Source: Campylobacterales bacterium (GTDB taxonomy: Bacteria > Campylobacterota > Campylobacteria > Campylobacterales > UBA6016). Taken from it: a DNA stretch of 64,000 bases. The notes below the pieces were generated by a model. The model searched no databases. It was not told the DNA's origin and saw only the letters and a list, made by a program, of their open reading frames with translations. Position numbers and translations under genes: made by a program. The stretch covers positions 161,151 to 225,150 of the forward strand of contig JBFWKW010000001.1 in NCBI GenBank assembly GCA_050252455.1. The letters are read 5' to 3'. Below, piece after piece: positions 17,935-27,730 of this stretch (its first letter is position 1; every line of letters begins with the position of its first letter).

Positions 17935-18314
17935 TGAGCCTAATAAAGGCGCTGCATCTTATCGGGGTGGCGTATTTCTTGGGTTTTTTGTTGCTTGATG
18001 CGTTTGTGATTCGTCGTTTTTTGGACGTTCAGTGCCACGATAAAAAACTGCTGTTTTACGAAAAAGCGAAGCTCTCTTTGTATATTTTTGCTGGACTTAT
18101 TGTGATTAGTGGCGTCTGGATGCTACTGGCCGGCGATTTGTGGAGTGTGCCGCTCATTTGGGTGAAGATAGCTTTTGCCTTTGCGGCGATAGCGATGTTT
18201 TTTCTCTCGGTGCCAATCGTAAAGAGACTCCCCAAGGGGGGCGTTCACTACTACTACGCTGTTGTTGCGGTTTTTGCCGTTACCTCTCTTGTCTTAGGCG
18301 CAAGCATACGCTAG
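17934..18314 (+). CDS. small integral membrane protein (4 predicted TM helices)
   Basis: Hydrophobic segments throughout. ATG 17934 overlaps the thyX TGA (TGATG); the track start at 17931 is TTG. Confidence 0.6.
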   Translation: MSLIKALHLIGVAYFLGFLLLDAFVIRRFLDVQCHDKKLLFYEKAKLSLYIFAGLIVISGVWMLLAGDLWSVPLIWVKIAFAFAAIAMFFLSVPIVKRLPKGGVHYYYAVVAVFAVTSLVLGASIR

Positions 18315-18485
18315 TGCTGTGTTTTCTTCACAAAAAATCGGTTTTTCGATGATTTTGTCTTCCAAATCTATATGATTATCGATGAGGAGCTCCTCTTCGC
18401 AATCGGCGCATACAAATACCGTTGTAGAGCCGTCTACCATGTATTTACTCAAGTTCTTCGTGCTTTCGCATAGATAACATTTCAT
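18294..18485 (-). CDS. small zinc-ribbon protein
   Basis: 63 aa with CYLC...CADC (CxxC-x20-CxxC). Lies immediately downstream of the acyltransferase gene on the same strand. Confidence 0.5.
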   Translation of the reverse strand: MKCYLCESTKNLSKYMVDGSTTVFVCADCEEELLIDNHIDLEDKIIEKPIFCEENTALAYACA

Positions 18486-18503
18486 AATATTTAATCCTTT
18501 TTG

Positions 18504-20225
18504 TTAAGATAAATTTCCCATATATCTCTCCCGTTTTGCAGGGAGGATTTTGTCTATTTCGACGATGATGAAGCCGTCGACGCAATCGCCGAAGTCGGGG
18601 TCAACCCCAAAATCGGTGAAATATACGCCGCCTGCCTCGCACAGCTCCGAATATTGCTTGAAGAGTGTCGGAACGGCGCATCCGTAGTTTTTGAGAAGAT
18701 TTTTGAGTTTCCTAAAATCCTCATCATAATTTTCAAACCCAAAATACGAGGCAAACTCCTCCTCTTCGTGGCGGCTCAGGACAAAAGGATTTTTGGAGGT
18801 TGCGTACTTCTTTGGAGCCGGAAAATAACGGGAGTAGAAGTACACAAGCAGTTTTTTCGCCTCATCCGGATAGCTGTTTGAGAGGCTGACGGGACCAAAC
18901 ATATATTTGACGAACGTGTGTTTTTTGAGGTATGCGCCGATGCCGTACCACAGATAATCAAGAGCCCTTGAGCCCCAGTATTTGGACTGAACGAAGCTGC
19001 GCCCAAGTTCTATGGAGTGAGGCAAAAACTCTTCAAAATCTTTTGAAAAAGTAAATAGCGAATTGGTATAAAATCCGTTAGCTCCGAATATGTCATATAT
19101 CTCTCGCCCTTGTCCGACGCGGTATGAGCCGACCACTTCGAGCTCCTTGTCATCCCAAAGCACTATATGGCGGTAATATTTGTCGTAATCGTCGGTGTCT
19201 CTTTGTCTTCCCGTTCCCTCGCCGACCTTGCGAAATGTCATCTCTCTTAGGCGGCCGACCTCTTTTAAAATAATAGATTTTTTGGCGTAGTCGTATAGAT
19301 ATATCATTTTGTCATCGGCAGTGCGCCCGAGTAATTCAGAGGCGGTTAGCTCGTCTCTAAGGTTTTTTCTCTCCTCTGGATGGGCGACATTTCGCTCCGT
19401 CTCAAACACCCCTTTTTTGCCTCTGGCGAGGGCGTAAAGATGTTTTCTTACAAGCTTTATTTTATGCTCTTTTGAGATTTTGAGCCCCGTGATATTGGCG
19501 GCAGGTATCGTCTCACCCACGACAAACTCTAGGCTCTTGCCTCTTTGTCTCATCATCTCGGTCGGAAGCAGCAGCATACCTAGAGGTTTGTAGACAGTAG
19601 AGGCGGCGTAAAACGCAAGTGAATTTTTGGCTTTTATGTAGACGGGGAGGACTGGAGCTTTGGACTTTTCGGCTAAAAACAAAAATCCGCTCTCCCATGC
19701 CGTATCACGTACACCCGCAGGTCTTGCACGGCTTACCTCGCCTGCAGGGAAGATGATGACCGCCTCCTCGTTTTTGAGGGCGGCGAGAATGTTTTTCATA
19801 TCCGTTCGGACAGAGCTTTTTTTGGTTATATCAAGACCCAAAAGAAGGCTTTGTAGGTTTGGAATACTCATCAAAATGTCGTTTGCCACGACTTTGACAT
19901 CGCTTCTCACCTCACGAACAAAGCGTATTAGGCTCAAGGCGTCAAGGGCGCCTAGCGGGTGATTGGCGATGATAAGCAGTTTGCCGGATGATGGGATATT
20001 GGCTTTTGAACGGCTGGAGAATTTGTAAGTAAAGTTGAGTTTTTCAAGTACTGCATCTATGAAGTCAAACCCTTCGGTTTCCTGATTTTTTGCCAAAAAG
20101 TCGTTGATTTCACGCTCTCTTAATAGCTTTCCAAGAGCGGCAGTGGAAAAATCGGTAAAAAATTTCGGGTATTTTTTGAAAAATGCCGGATTTTTGGTTG
20201 CAAGTATGTTTTTTACGCTTACCAT
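18504..20225 (-). CDS. bifunctional acyltransferase: N-terminal lysophospholipid-acyltransferase-like domain plus C-terminal OlsB/GNAT-type N-acyltransferase domain (OlsF-like)
   Basis: 573 aa. ANHPLGALDA acyltransferase motif in the N half. C half has FRKVGEGTGRQRDTDDYDKYYRHIVLWD...VVGSYRVG, typical of OlsB/hemolysin-like GNATs. Confidence 0.8.
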   Translation of the reverse strand: MVSVKNILATKNPAFFKKYPKFFTDFSTAALGKLLREREINDFLAKNQETEGFDFIDAVLEKLNFTYKFSSRSKANIPSSGKLLIIANHPLGALDALSLIRFVREVRSDVKVVANDILMSIPNLQSLLLGLDITKKSSVRTDMKNILAALKNEEAVIIFPAGEVSRARPAGVRDTAWESGFLFLAEKSKAPVLPVYIKAKNSLAFYAASTVYKPLGMLLLPTEMMRQRGKSLEFVVGETIPAANITGLKISKEHKIKLVRKHLYALARGKKGVFETERNVAHPEERKNLRDELTASELLGRTADDKMIYLYDYAKKSIILKEVGRLREMTFRKVGEGTGRQRDTDDYDKYYRHIVLWDDKELEVVGSYRVGQGREIYDIFGANGFYTNSLFTFSKDFEEFLPHSIELGRSFVQSKYWGSRALDYLWYGIGAYLKKHTFVKYMFGPVSLSNSYPDEAKKLLVYFYSRYFPAPKKYATSKNPFVLSRHEEEEFASYFGFENYDEDFRKLKNLLKNYGCAVPTLFKQYSELCEAGGVYFTDFGVDPDFGDCVDGFIIVEIDKILPAKRERYMGNLS

Positions 20226-20346
20226 CTCTTTTTTGTCTCCAAATTTAAACGCAACTATAAAATTTATTTATTACCGCTTCGTTGCAATTTGTCCTTTTAA
20301 AAGCGTTTAAGTAAAATAAGCCAAAAACAATATAAAGCGAAAATGT

Positions 20347-21540
20347 ATGTACATTCCAAGGAAAAGCAAGTTTGACCCCGATGAGAGCGGGCACTTTGGG
20401 GAGTTTGGCGGGAGATTTGTCCCTGAGACTTTGATGCCTCTGCTGATAGATTTGAACGAAGCGTACCAAAAAATAAGATTTGACGAAGAGTTTTGGAAGG
20501 AAGCGGACTATTATCTCAAGGAATATGTCGGTCGTCCGTCGCTTCTGACTTATGCTGCAAACATATCTGAGCAGCTGGGCGCAAAAATCTATCTCAAAAG
20601 AGAAGACCTCAACCACACCGGAAGCCACAAAATCAACAATGTCATCTTGCAGGCCCTTGTCGCAAAGAGGCTAGGCAAAACCAAGGTTATAGCGGAGACG
20701 GGAGCGGGTCAGCACGGTGTGGCTACGGCTACGGCTTGTGCGCTTTTTGGGCTTGAATGTGAAGTGTTTATGGGGGCAAAGGATGTTGCAAGGCAGGAGC
20801 TAAATGTCTTTCGTATGAAGCTTCTGGGCGCCAAGGTACACTCCGTGGAGTCGGGCTCCAAAACGCTCAAGGATGCCATGAACGACGCTATTCGCCACTG
20901 GGTGACAAACGCAAAAGATACATACTACATGATAGGTACCGTAGCGGGGCCGCATCCGTATCCGATGATGGTGCGAGACTTTCAGGCGGTGATAGGATAC
21001 GAGGCGAAGGCGCAAATACTAAAGCTTGAGGGGAGACTGCCGGACTATGCCATAGCGTGCATAGGCGGCGGTAGCAATGCAATGGGGCTTTTTAGCCACT
21101 TTTTGGAAGAGCCCACGGTGACTTGCATAGGCGTAGAAGCGGGCGGCATGGGTGTTGAGACAAAAGAGCACGGAGCTAGCCTACAAAAAGGTCGTGCGGG
21201 CGTGCTGCACGGGCAGATGAGCTATCTGCTCCAAGATGAGGACGGACAGATAGAGGAGGCATACTCCATATCGGCGGGGCTTGATTATCCAGGTATTGGA
21301 CCGGAACACGCATATTTGTATGAGAGTGGAGCAGCAAAATATGAAGCGGTGACCGATGAAGAGGCGCTGGAGGCATTCGTATGGCTATCCCGTGCCGAGG
21401 GGATTATTCCTGCGTTTGAGAGCTCTCACGCCGTAGCGCAACTCAAAAAAATGGATGTCAAAGGCAAGCTCATTATCGTCAACATCTCGGGGCGAGGCGA
21501 TAAAGATATGACGCAAGCAAAAGAGATATTGAAGTTCTAA
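20347..21540 (+). CDS. trpB: tryptophan synthase beta chain
   Basis: [14 protein letters not shown] and the PLP-Lys block [11 protein letters not shown]. 397 aa. Confidence 0.96.
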   Translation: MYIPRKSKFDPDESGHFGEFGGRFVPETLMPLLIDLNEAYQKIRFDEEFWKEADYYLKEYVGRPSLLTYAANISEQLGAKIYLKREDLNHTGSHKINNVILQALVAKRLGKTKVIAETGAGQHGVATATACALFGLECEVFMGAKDVARQELNVFRMKLLGAKVHSVESGSKTLKDAMNDAIRHWVTNAKDTYYMIGTVAGPHPYPMMVRDFQAVIGYEAKAQILKLEGRLPDYAIACIGGGSNAMGLFSHFLEEPTVTCIGVEAGGMGVETKEHGASLQKGRAGVLHGQMSYLLQDEDGQIEEAYSISAGLDYPGIGPEHAYLYESGAAKYEAVTDEEALEAFVWLSRAEGIIPAFESSHAVAQLKKMDVKGKLIIVNISGRGDKDMTQAKEILKF

Positions 21541-21541
21541 T

Positions 21542-22498
21542 ATGAAAAAAGCAGTTGTTCTACTCAATATGGGCGGCCCGTCAAATCTGGGCGAGGTGCG
21601 GACATTTCTAAAAAATATGTTTGCCGACACGAATATCTTGACCGTCAAAAGCTCGGCTCTTAGATGGTTTATCGGTACGATGATAGTGCTGACCCGTACA
21701 AAAAATGCACAGAGTCATTATCAGGAGATAGGCGGCTCGTCTCCTTTGCTACCGATAACACAGAAGCTATGCGCCAAACTTTCTAGTTTGATGGACGAGA
21801 AGGTGTATATAGCTATGCGATATGTACCGCCGTTTGCGAGTGAAACGGTGAAGGAGATGATGGAAGACGGCGTTGACGAAGTCGTGTTAATGCCTATGTA
21901 TCCGCATTATTCGACCACTACCACGAAATCGTCGATTGAAGATTTTTACAAGGCTGCCGTTGACGCGGGGTATCATCCGAAAATGCGCGTCATCGAGAGA
22001 TATTACAAAAAAAGGGCGCTCAACGAGCTAATCGTGGAGAAAATCAAAGAGGCCCTAGGTGGCGAAGATGCCGAGGAGTTTGACCTCGTATTTAGCGCAC
22101 ATTCGTTGCCGCAAAAGATAATAGATGCGGGAGATAGCTACCAAAAAGAGATAGAAGAGCATGTAGAGATACTTGAGGGGCTGCTCTACTCTGAGGGGAT
22201 ACATTTTCGCAAAACGCATCTCGCATATCAGTCAAAGCTCGGGCCAATGAAGTGGATAGGACCTTCTCTGGGTGAGACGCTAGAGAAAATAGCCGCTTCA
22301 AACAAAAAAACGGTTGTGTATCCGATAGCTTTTACAGTCGACAATGTCGAGACGGTGTATGAGCTGGACATCGAATATAGAGAGGTTGCCGAGAGCCTAA
22401 AAATAGAAGATTATAGGGTTGCTTCTTGCCCGAACGACGATGAGGAATTTGCGAGAGCGCTGATGGAAATAATAGACGATAAATTGGGGACAGAGTGA
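21542..22498 (+). CDS. hemH: ferrochelatase
   Basis: VVLLNMGGP N-terminus and FSAHSLPQKIIDAGDSYQ motif. 318 aa. Confidence 0.9.
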   Translation: MKKAVVLLNMGGPSNLGEVRTFLKNMFADTNILTVKSSALRWFIGTMIVLTRTKNAQSHYQEIGGSSPLLPITQKLCAKLSSLMDEKVYIAMRYVPPFASETVKEMMEDGVDEVVLMPMYPHYSTTTTKSSIEDFYKAAVDAGYHPKMRVIERYYKKRALNELIVEKIKEALGGEDAEEFDLVFSAHSLPQKIIDAGDSYQKEIEEHVEILEGLLYSEGIHFRKTHLAYQSKLGPMKWIGPSLGETLEKIAASNKKTVVYPIAFTVDNVETVYELDIEYREVAESLKIEDYRVASCPNDDEEFARALMEIIDDKLGTE

Positions 22499-23235
22499 AA
22501 GAGTTAGTAAGTTTTATAACATGCGGGTTTACGGATAAGGAGTTTAGCAAGGAGCTAGGCGCGGCACTAATCGAAGCCGGGAGCGATAGGTTGGAGCTTG
22601 GGATTCCTTTTTCAGACCCGGTGGCGGACGGTGCACTCATAGAAAAGGCGAGTCTTAGTGCGATAAGGGCTGGATTCAAAACAAAAGACGCCTTCGAGAT
22701 AGCCTCATATCTATCGCCAAAAGCTCCGACGTATTTTATGGGGTATTTCAACTCTTTTTTCTCGGGCGGCTTCGGCTCTTTTTGCGAGAAGGCGGCGGCA
22801 AGCGGTGTGAGAGGGTTTATTATCCCTGATTTGCCGTTTGAAGAGAGCGCAAGATATGCAAAAACAATGGAGGCAAACGCTCTGTCTAATATCTCGTTTT
22901 TGGCTGTTACGCATGCGGATGAACGAGTCGATATGGTAGCGCGCGCTTCAAAAGATTTTATTTATCTCGTAGCTTTCGCCGGTATTACGGGGGCGGATAA
23001 AAGCGAGGATTTGCAGCCGATTTTGCGCAAAGTCAAAAGCGTGACCGATACAAAAGTGTTTGTCGGATTTGGCGTTAACGAAAAAACCGCAAAAGCGAGA
23101 GTAGAGGGGGCGGATGGCGTCATAGTGGGTTCCGCATTCACAAAAATAGTGCTTGACGAGAGCCTGAGCGGCACACAAAAAATAGCAAAATGCGCAGAAC
23201 TTGCCAAGATAATCAAAGAGCAAATCAACGGATGA
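22495..23235 (+). CDS. trpA: tryptophan synthase alpha chain
   Basis: GTG start overlapping the hemH TGA. LELGIPFSDPVADGALIEKA motif. 246 aa. Confidence 0.9.
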   Translation: MKELVSFITCGFTDKEFSKELGAALIEAGSDRLELGIPFSDPVADGALIEKASLSAIRAGFKTKDAFEIASYLSPKAPTYFMGYFNSFFSGGFGSFCEKAAASGVRGFIIPDLPFEESARYAKTMEANALSNISFLAVTHADERVDMVARASKDFIYLVAFAGITGADKSEDLQPILRKVKSVTDTKVFVGFGVNEKTAKARVEGADGVIVGSAFTKIVLDESLSGTQKIAKCAELAKIIKEQING

Positions 23236-24335
23236 GACCCTCCGATAGGTTTTTTGAGACGAAGGATGATTTTCGAGGGGCTTTTGACAGGGATAGAGAC
23301 CGCATCATCCATTGCCACTCATTTCGTAATCTAGAGTACAAAACACAGGTATTTCTAAACTCCGAGGGTGATTACTTTCGCACCCGTCTCACCCACTCCA
23401 TCGAGGCAAGTCAGATTTCAAGGACGATAGCCAAAAATTTGGGGCTTAACGAATCTCTTGCCGAGGCAATAGCTCTTGCGCACGACATAGGGCATACCCC
23501 TTTTGGGCATATCGGCGGCGATACTCTGGATGAGTGCCTAAGGGATGCGGGGAGCGTGAACGGATTTGAGCATAACTATCAATCTTTTAGAGTTCTAACA
23601 AAGCTAGAGAGAAGATACAAGGGGTTTGACGGGCTCAATCTCACATTTGCCACGCTTGAGGGTGTGCTTAAGCACTCGGCGCCTTACAAAAAAAGCTTTT
23701 TGCCCTCTTCGTTTGATGAGATATTTGCCCTTGATAAACATCCGTCATTTGAGGCGATAGTGGTCGACAACTCCGATGGAATAGCTTATATTTCGGCGGA
23801 TATTGACGATGCCCTCAAGTACGCCCTAATAGAGGTAGATGAGCTAAAAGAGGGCTCCGCGCTAGTTAGAAGAATTGTAGAAAAGATAGAAGATGAAGAG
23901 AAAATAAGGCGCAACGACCCGCTTTTTAGGCACAGACTTTCAACCCATATAATTACCGAATTAATCTCAAATATCATAGAAAATTCATCGGCAAATAAGG
24001 CTGTTTTTGACTCATTTGGAGAGCCGGCATGCGGTGTATTCGGCGCAGAGGAAAAACCGCTAATACTTTTTGACGAAGAGATGTGGGCGCAGATAAAAGA
24101 GCTGAAAAGCTTACTGTATAAAAAAGTTTATAGACATGAGTCGATTATGCGTAAGATGTATATGGCAAAACAGTGCATAAAGGGGCTTTTTAAAGCGTTT
24201 ACGCAGGAGCCGGATATGTTGCCGCCGGAGTACAGGGCTAGACTTTTTAGCACAAATAAAAATAGGGTAATAGCTGATTTTATATCATCACTTTCGGATA
24301 GAAGCGCAATGAAGTTATATAGAGAGCTTTATTAA
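23232..24335 (+). CDS. dgt: dGTPase-like HD-domain triphosphohydrolase
   Basis: FDRDRDRIIHCHSFRNLEYKTQV, RLTHSIE, AHDIGHTPFGH. ATG 23232 forms an ATGA overlap with the trpA stop; the track start at 23190 lies inside trpA. Confidence 0.85.
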   Translation: MRPSDRFFETKDDFRGAFDRDRDRIIHCHSFRNLEYKTQVFLNSEGDYFRTRLTHSIEASQISRTIAKNLGLNESLAEAIALAHDIGHTPFGHIGGDTLDECLRDAGSVNGFEHNYQSFRVLTKLERRYKGFDGLNLTFATLEGVLKHSAPYKKSFLPSSFDEIFALDKHPSFEAIVVDNSDGIAYISADIDDALKYALIEVDELKEGSALVRRIVEKIEDEEKIRRNDPLFRHRLSTHIITELISNIIENSSANKAVFDSFGEPACGVFGAEEKPLILFDEEMWAQIKELKSLLYKKVYRHESIMRKMYMAKQCIKGLFKAFTQEPDMLPPEYRARLFSTNKNRVIADFISSLSDRSAMKLYRELY

Positions 24336-24337
24336 AA

Positions 24338-24359
24338 AAAAGGGGCGAAAACCCCTTTT
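24338..24359. terminator. bidirectional intrinsic terminator between dgt and flgE
   Basis: AAAAGGGG-cgaaaa-CCCCTTTT, with A/T runs on both sides. Confidence 0.7.
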
Positions 24360-24361
24360 AA

Positions 24362-26461
24362 TTATTGTTTGATTTGCAGAAGTACCTGTAGCATTTGGTC
24401 TGATGTCGTAATCGTTTTGGAGTTTGCTTGATAACCCCTTTGGATTACGATAAGTTCCGTTAGCGACTTAGAAAGGTCGACGTTACTCATCTCTAGTGCA
24501 GAGGAAAATACTGCCCCTCTACCGCCCGTTCCCGCTGCTCCTACGGTAGGATCCCCACTGTTTGCGCTTTGTGAAAATAGATTGCCGCCGTCAGCCATAA
24601 GACCTTCGTTGTTGGCAAATTTTGCCATCGCAATTTGAGCAAGCCCCATAGACCTACCGTTGGTGAAGCTACCTATAAGTACACCGTTTTGGTCTATTCT
24701 TACGCCGTCTAGGTCGCCTCCCGTATAGCCATCTTGACTTATCAATGAGGTTGCCGACTTTTGGTCGAAGCTTGTTAATCCGTCAAAGGCATTCGGCGTA
24801 CCGAAAGCTAGATTTATTTGTTGTCCAGCGGTTGAGCCATTGTTCCATGTTACGTTCAAGCTTTGCGGATTTACGCTGGCTAGCGAGCCGTTAGAGTTGA
24901 ACTGTACCGTGCCCCCGGTAAACATATTTTGATTCGGCGCCGTGCCGCCTAGGTCGCCTGGTTGAGGAACCGTAGCCGTCCACGACCAAACACTTTGCGA
25001 CTCTTTTCTAAACGCATACGTAATAGTGTGTTTAGAGCCGAGTGAGTCATATATATCGATACTCGAAGAGTGTGTCGCCGCATTGATAGCTTGCGATGTT
25101 TTCGTCGACGAGCCAGTAGGGAGTGTCCCCTCTAGTGCGTTAAATGTTTGCGTAAACAATGGACTAGGATTTACCGTGCCGTTTCCATCTATCGATGTTA
25201 CCGCCATGGTAAGCGTAGAACCTGACGGATTGGATAGCGAGTATTTACCGTCAGAGTTTACACTTACGAGTGCTCCGGTTGACGTTGCTTTTGCTTGCCA
25301 CTGTAGATAGGCTCTCAAATCTTCCGTGGTGTGGAAGTTTTTTGTTTGTCCTATCGATGTCGAGTCTGTTGCCGGATTTGCCGAGCCTGTTGTGTACTGA
25401 TATTTATACGCCGTCGTAGCTCCTGCCGTAGCTGCTGTAACGCCGGTAAGACCCGTTGTTGGCGTATTGACGGTTACCAATATATTTTTCTTGCTATCGC
25501 CGTCCATACTATTTGAGTTGGTATAGGTGATATTTGCACCGGATGCCGATGCACTCACGCCTGTTTGCGATGTGAAACTATTGATAAGTGACGCTATTTG
25601 CGATGCATTGTACGTGGTAGTGGAAACAGGAGGTCCCGCATAACCTATAGAACCGGTAATATTTATACCGTTAATGGTTAAGTCTACCGCCACTACGCCC
25701 GTTGCGGTTACACCCGTCGCATCGGTTACTTGAGCCGGCTCAAAGCCCATCCAAATACCCTGTCCGTCTTGTAGACTGAACGCTTTTCCGTTCGCGTCAA
25801 ATAGAGCCCCTAGGTCTTCCGGTTTTTGGTTTGTGGCGCTGTTCGCCAATGTAGGGTCGGCTATCGTTGTTGAGTCGGAGTCTAGAGCGTATATTTTGCC
25901 CATCTCATTTGTCGTTGTACCGGATACTAGGTTTGCCCTTAGCGTTACGTTCTCTGTCCCTTTGGCAGGAATAGTTAGACCCGGATCTATCTGTATGCTT
26001 GTGATTGGAAGAGTAGAGTCGATTTTGTCGTTTGCGTCCTTGACCCATCCTTGCACTATTAGACCGTTTCCGTCTACGAAGTTGCCGTATGCATCAAAAT
26101 AAAAATCTCCGGCTCTCGTGTACTTATACGACATACCTGCGTCCGGGCTCACTATGAAAAAGCCGTCACCCTCTATCGCAACGTCGGTAGTTTTGTCGGT
26201 AGTTTGCCTAGAGCCTTGAGAAAATATGTGCGTAACGGTGTTAACGCTGGCTCCCAAGCCGACTTGTAGTGAGTTTCGTCCACCTAGCGGGTCTTGTGGG
26301 GCGGTTGCTATCTTTGATGTTTGAGATAGCATATCCGCAAAGTTCGTTCTAGAGTATTTAAAGCCGACCGTATTTACGTTGGCGATATTGTTACCCTCGA
26401 CGTCCATTGCTACTTGGTGCGCCTGAAGTCCGCTGACTCCGGCCCAAAGAGATCTCATCAT
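24362..26461 (-). CDS. flgE: flagellar hook protein FlgE
   Basis: 699 aa. N-terminal SGLQAHQVAMDVEGNNIANVNTVGFK and C-terminal LEMSNVDLSKSLTELIVIQRGYQANSK rod/hook motifs. Confidence 0.9.
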   Translation of the reverse strand: MMRSLWAGVSGLQAHQVAMDVEGNNIANVNTVGFKYSRTNFADMLSQTSKIATAPQDPLGGRNSLQVGLGASVNTVTHIFSQGSRQTTDKTTDVAIEGDGFFIVSPDAGMSYKYTRAGDFYFDAYGNFVDGNGLIVQGWVKDANDKIDSTLPITSIQIDPGLTIPAKGTENVTLRANLVSGTTTNEMGKIYALDSDSTTIADPTLANSATNQKPEDLGALFDANGKAFSLQDGQGIWMGFEPAQVTDATGVTATGVVAVDLTINGINITGSIGYAGPPVSTTTYNASQIASLINSFTSQTGVSASASGANITYTNSNSMDGDSKKNILVTVNTPTTGLTGVTAATAGATTAYKYQYTTGSANPATDSTSIGQTKNFHTTEDLRAYLQWQAKATSTGALVSVNSDGKYSLSNPSGSTLTMAVTSIDGNGTVNPSPLFTQTFNALEGTLPTGSSTKTSQAINAATHSSSIDIYDSLGSKHTITYAFRKESQSVWSWTATVPQPGDLGGTAPNQNMFTGGTVQFNSNGSLASVNPQSLNVTWNNGSTAGQQINLAFGTPNAFDGLTSFDQKSATSLISQDGYTGGDLDGVRIDQNGVLIGSFTNGRSMGLAQIAMAKFANNEGLMADGGNLFSQSANSGDPTVGAAGTGGRGAVFSSALEMSNVDLSKSLTELIVIQRGYQANSKTITTSDQMLQVLLQIKQ

Positions 26462-26493
26462 TGCTGGATCCTTTTTTAGATTTTTTTGTTAAT

Positions 26494-26510
26494 AAGCAAC
26501 TATTATTCCG
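26494..26510 (-). promoter_or_regulatory. sigma54 (RpoN) promoter of flgE
   Basis: Minus-strand CGGAATAATAGTTGCTT: GG-N10-GC with the TTGCTT -12 element, about 35 nt upstream of the ATG. RBS AAGGA follows. Confidence 0.6.
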
Positions 26511-26537
26511 ACTAAGCGTGGTTTACTCACTATTTAC

Positions 26538-27725
26538 TTAGCCTCTTTTTAGGTTGATAGCCTTTTGTATCATTTGATCGGCGGTTGTTATTACCTTTGC
26601 GTTTGCGCTGTACGCTTTTTCCGTGATTATTAGACTTGTCATTGCCTCGGCTGCCGATACATTGCTCATTTCAAGTGTTTGACCGATTATTTTTGAGTTT
26701 TGTATGGTGTTTCCGTTTGCATCTTTGTAGAAAATAGCTTCGCCGCTATTGTCGGTCGAGCGAAATTCGCTATCTCCCAGTTTTTCCAATCCCTGCTCGT
26801 TTTGGAAGTGAAAAATAGGTATTTGGGCTACTATTGAGCTTTGCCCGTTGTCAAAAGAGGCTACTACCATTCCGTTGGAGTCAACCATATAATCTTTTAG
26901 ATAGCCGACGCCTATCGTAGGCTTTGCTGGTGTATCGGTATAGGTTACGCTTACGGTGTAAGTGCCGTCGGCAAGTAATGCGCCGTTTTCGTCTTTGCCG
27001 TCCCATGTTACCGAGTGTTGTCCTGCGCCTTGGGTAGACTGCGGCAAAGTCCTTACCACCGTACCCGTAGAATCCAATATCTCTATTCTGGCGGTCGTTT
27101 GTTTTGGCAATGTATAAGGGATTGTGGCGCTTGAACTTACCAAATCTACGGTGTAGCTCGGTATCGTAGCCATTACGGCCGCCGTTCCGGGGATGCCCGG
27201 GTGCGTCAGCTCTTTTGGAAGTTTAAGCGGTACTTGGCTGTTTGGGTTCGTAAGTAGGTTTGTAGAAGCTACGGATGTGGCGCTTACGCTTGCAGTTCCG
27301 TCTTTGTTTATGGTCATATTGCCTGAATACGTACCCAGAAGGAAGCTGCCGTTGCCGTTTAGGACATTGGAGTTTGCATCAACATAAAAATCGCCGGCTC
27401 TCGTATAATAAACACTATTATCGCCTGCTTTTTGGACGCCGAAAAATCCATTGCCGCCTATGGCAAGGTCAAGAGCTCTGTCCGTAGGCTGAAAGCTCCC
27501 TTGCTTCATGCTAAGGGCGGTAGTCTGCGCCGTAGAGCCGAGCCCCACTTCGTCCGCCCCCGTCATAGCTATCCCGTTTTTGTATTGGGATATTAATGTT
27601 GAAAATTCAGGTGTTGATGAGCGAAAGCCCACGGTATTGATGTTTGATATGTTGTTACCCCAAACGTCAAGGCCGAATTGCTGGGTTTTGACCCCGCTAA
27701 TACCTGTATAAAATGATGACATCAT
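26538..27725 (-). CDS. FlgE/FlgG-family hook-basal-body paralogue with an internal FlgD-Ig-like domain
   Basis: N-terminal SGVKTQQFGLDVWGNNISNINTVGF. C-terminal LEMSNVSAAEAMTSLIITEKAYSANAK. Central VTWDGKDENGALLADGTYTV resembles the FlgD C-terminal domain. Confidence 0.85.
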   Translation of the reverse strand: MMSSFYTGISGVKTQQFGLDVWGNNISNINTVGFRSSTPEFSTLISQYKNGIAMTGADEVGLGSTAQTTALSMKQGSFQPTDRALDLAIGGNGFFGVQKAGDNSVYYTRAGDFYVDANSNVLNGNGSFLLGTYSGNMTINKDGTASVSATSVASTNLLTNPNSQVPLKLPKELTHPGIPGTAAVMATIPSYTVDLVSSSATIPYTLPKQTTARIEILDSTGTVVRTLPQSTQGAGQHSVTWDGKDENGALLADGTYTVSVTYTDTPAKPTIGVGYLKDYMVDSNGMVVASFDNGQSSIVAQIPIFHFQNEQGLEKLGDSEFRSTDNSGEAIFYKDANGNTIQNSKIIGQTLEMSNVSAAEAMTSLIITEKAYSANAKVITTADQMIQKAINLKRG

Positions 27726-27730
27726 GTGAA

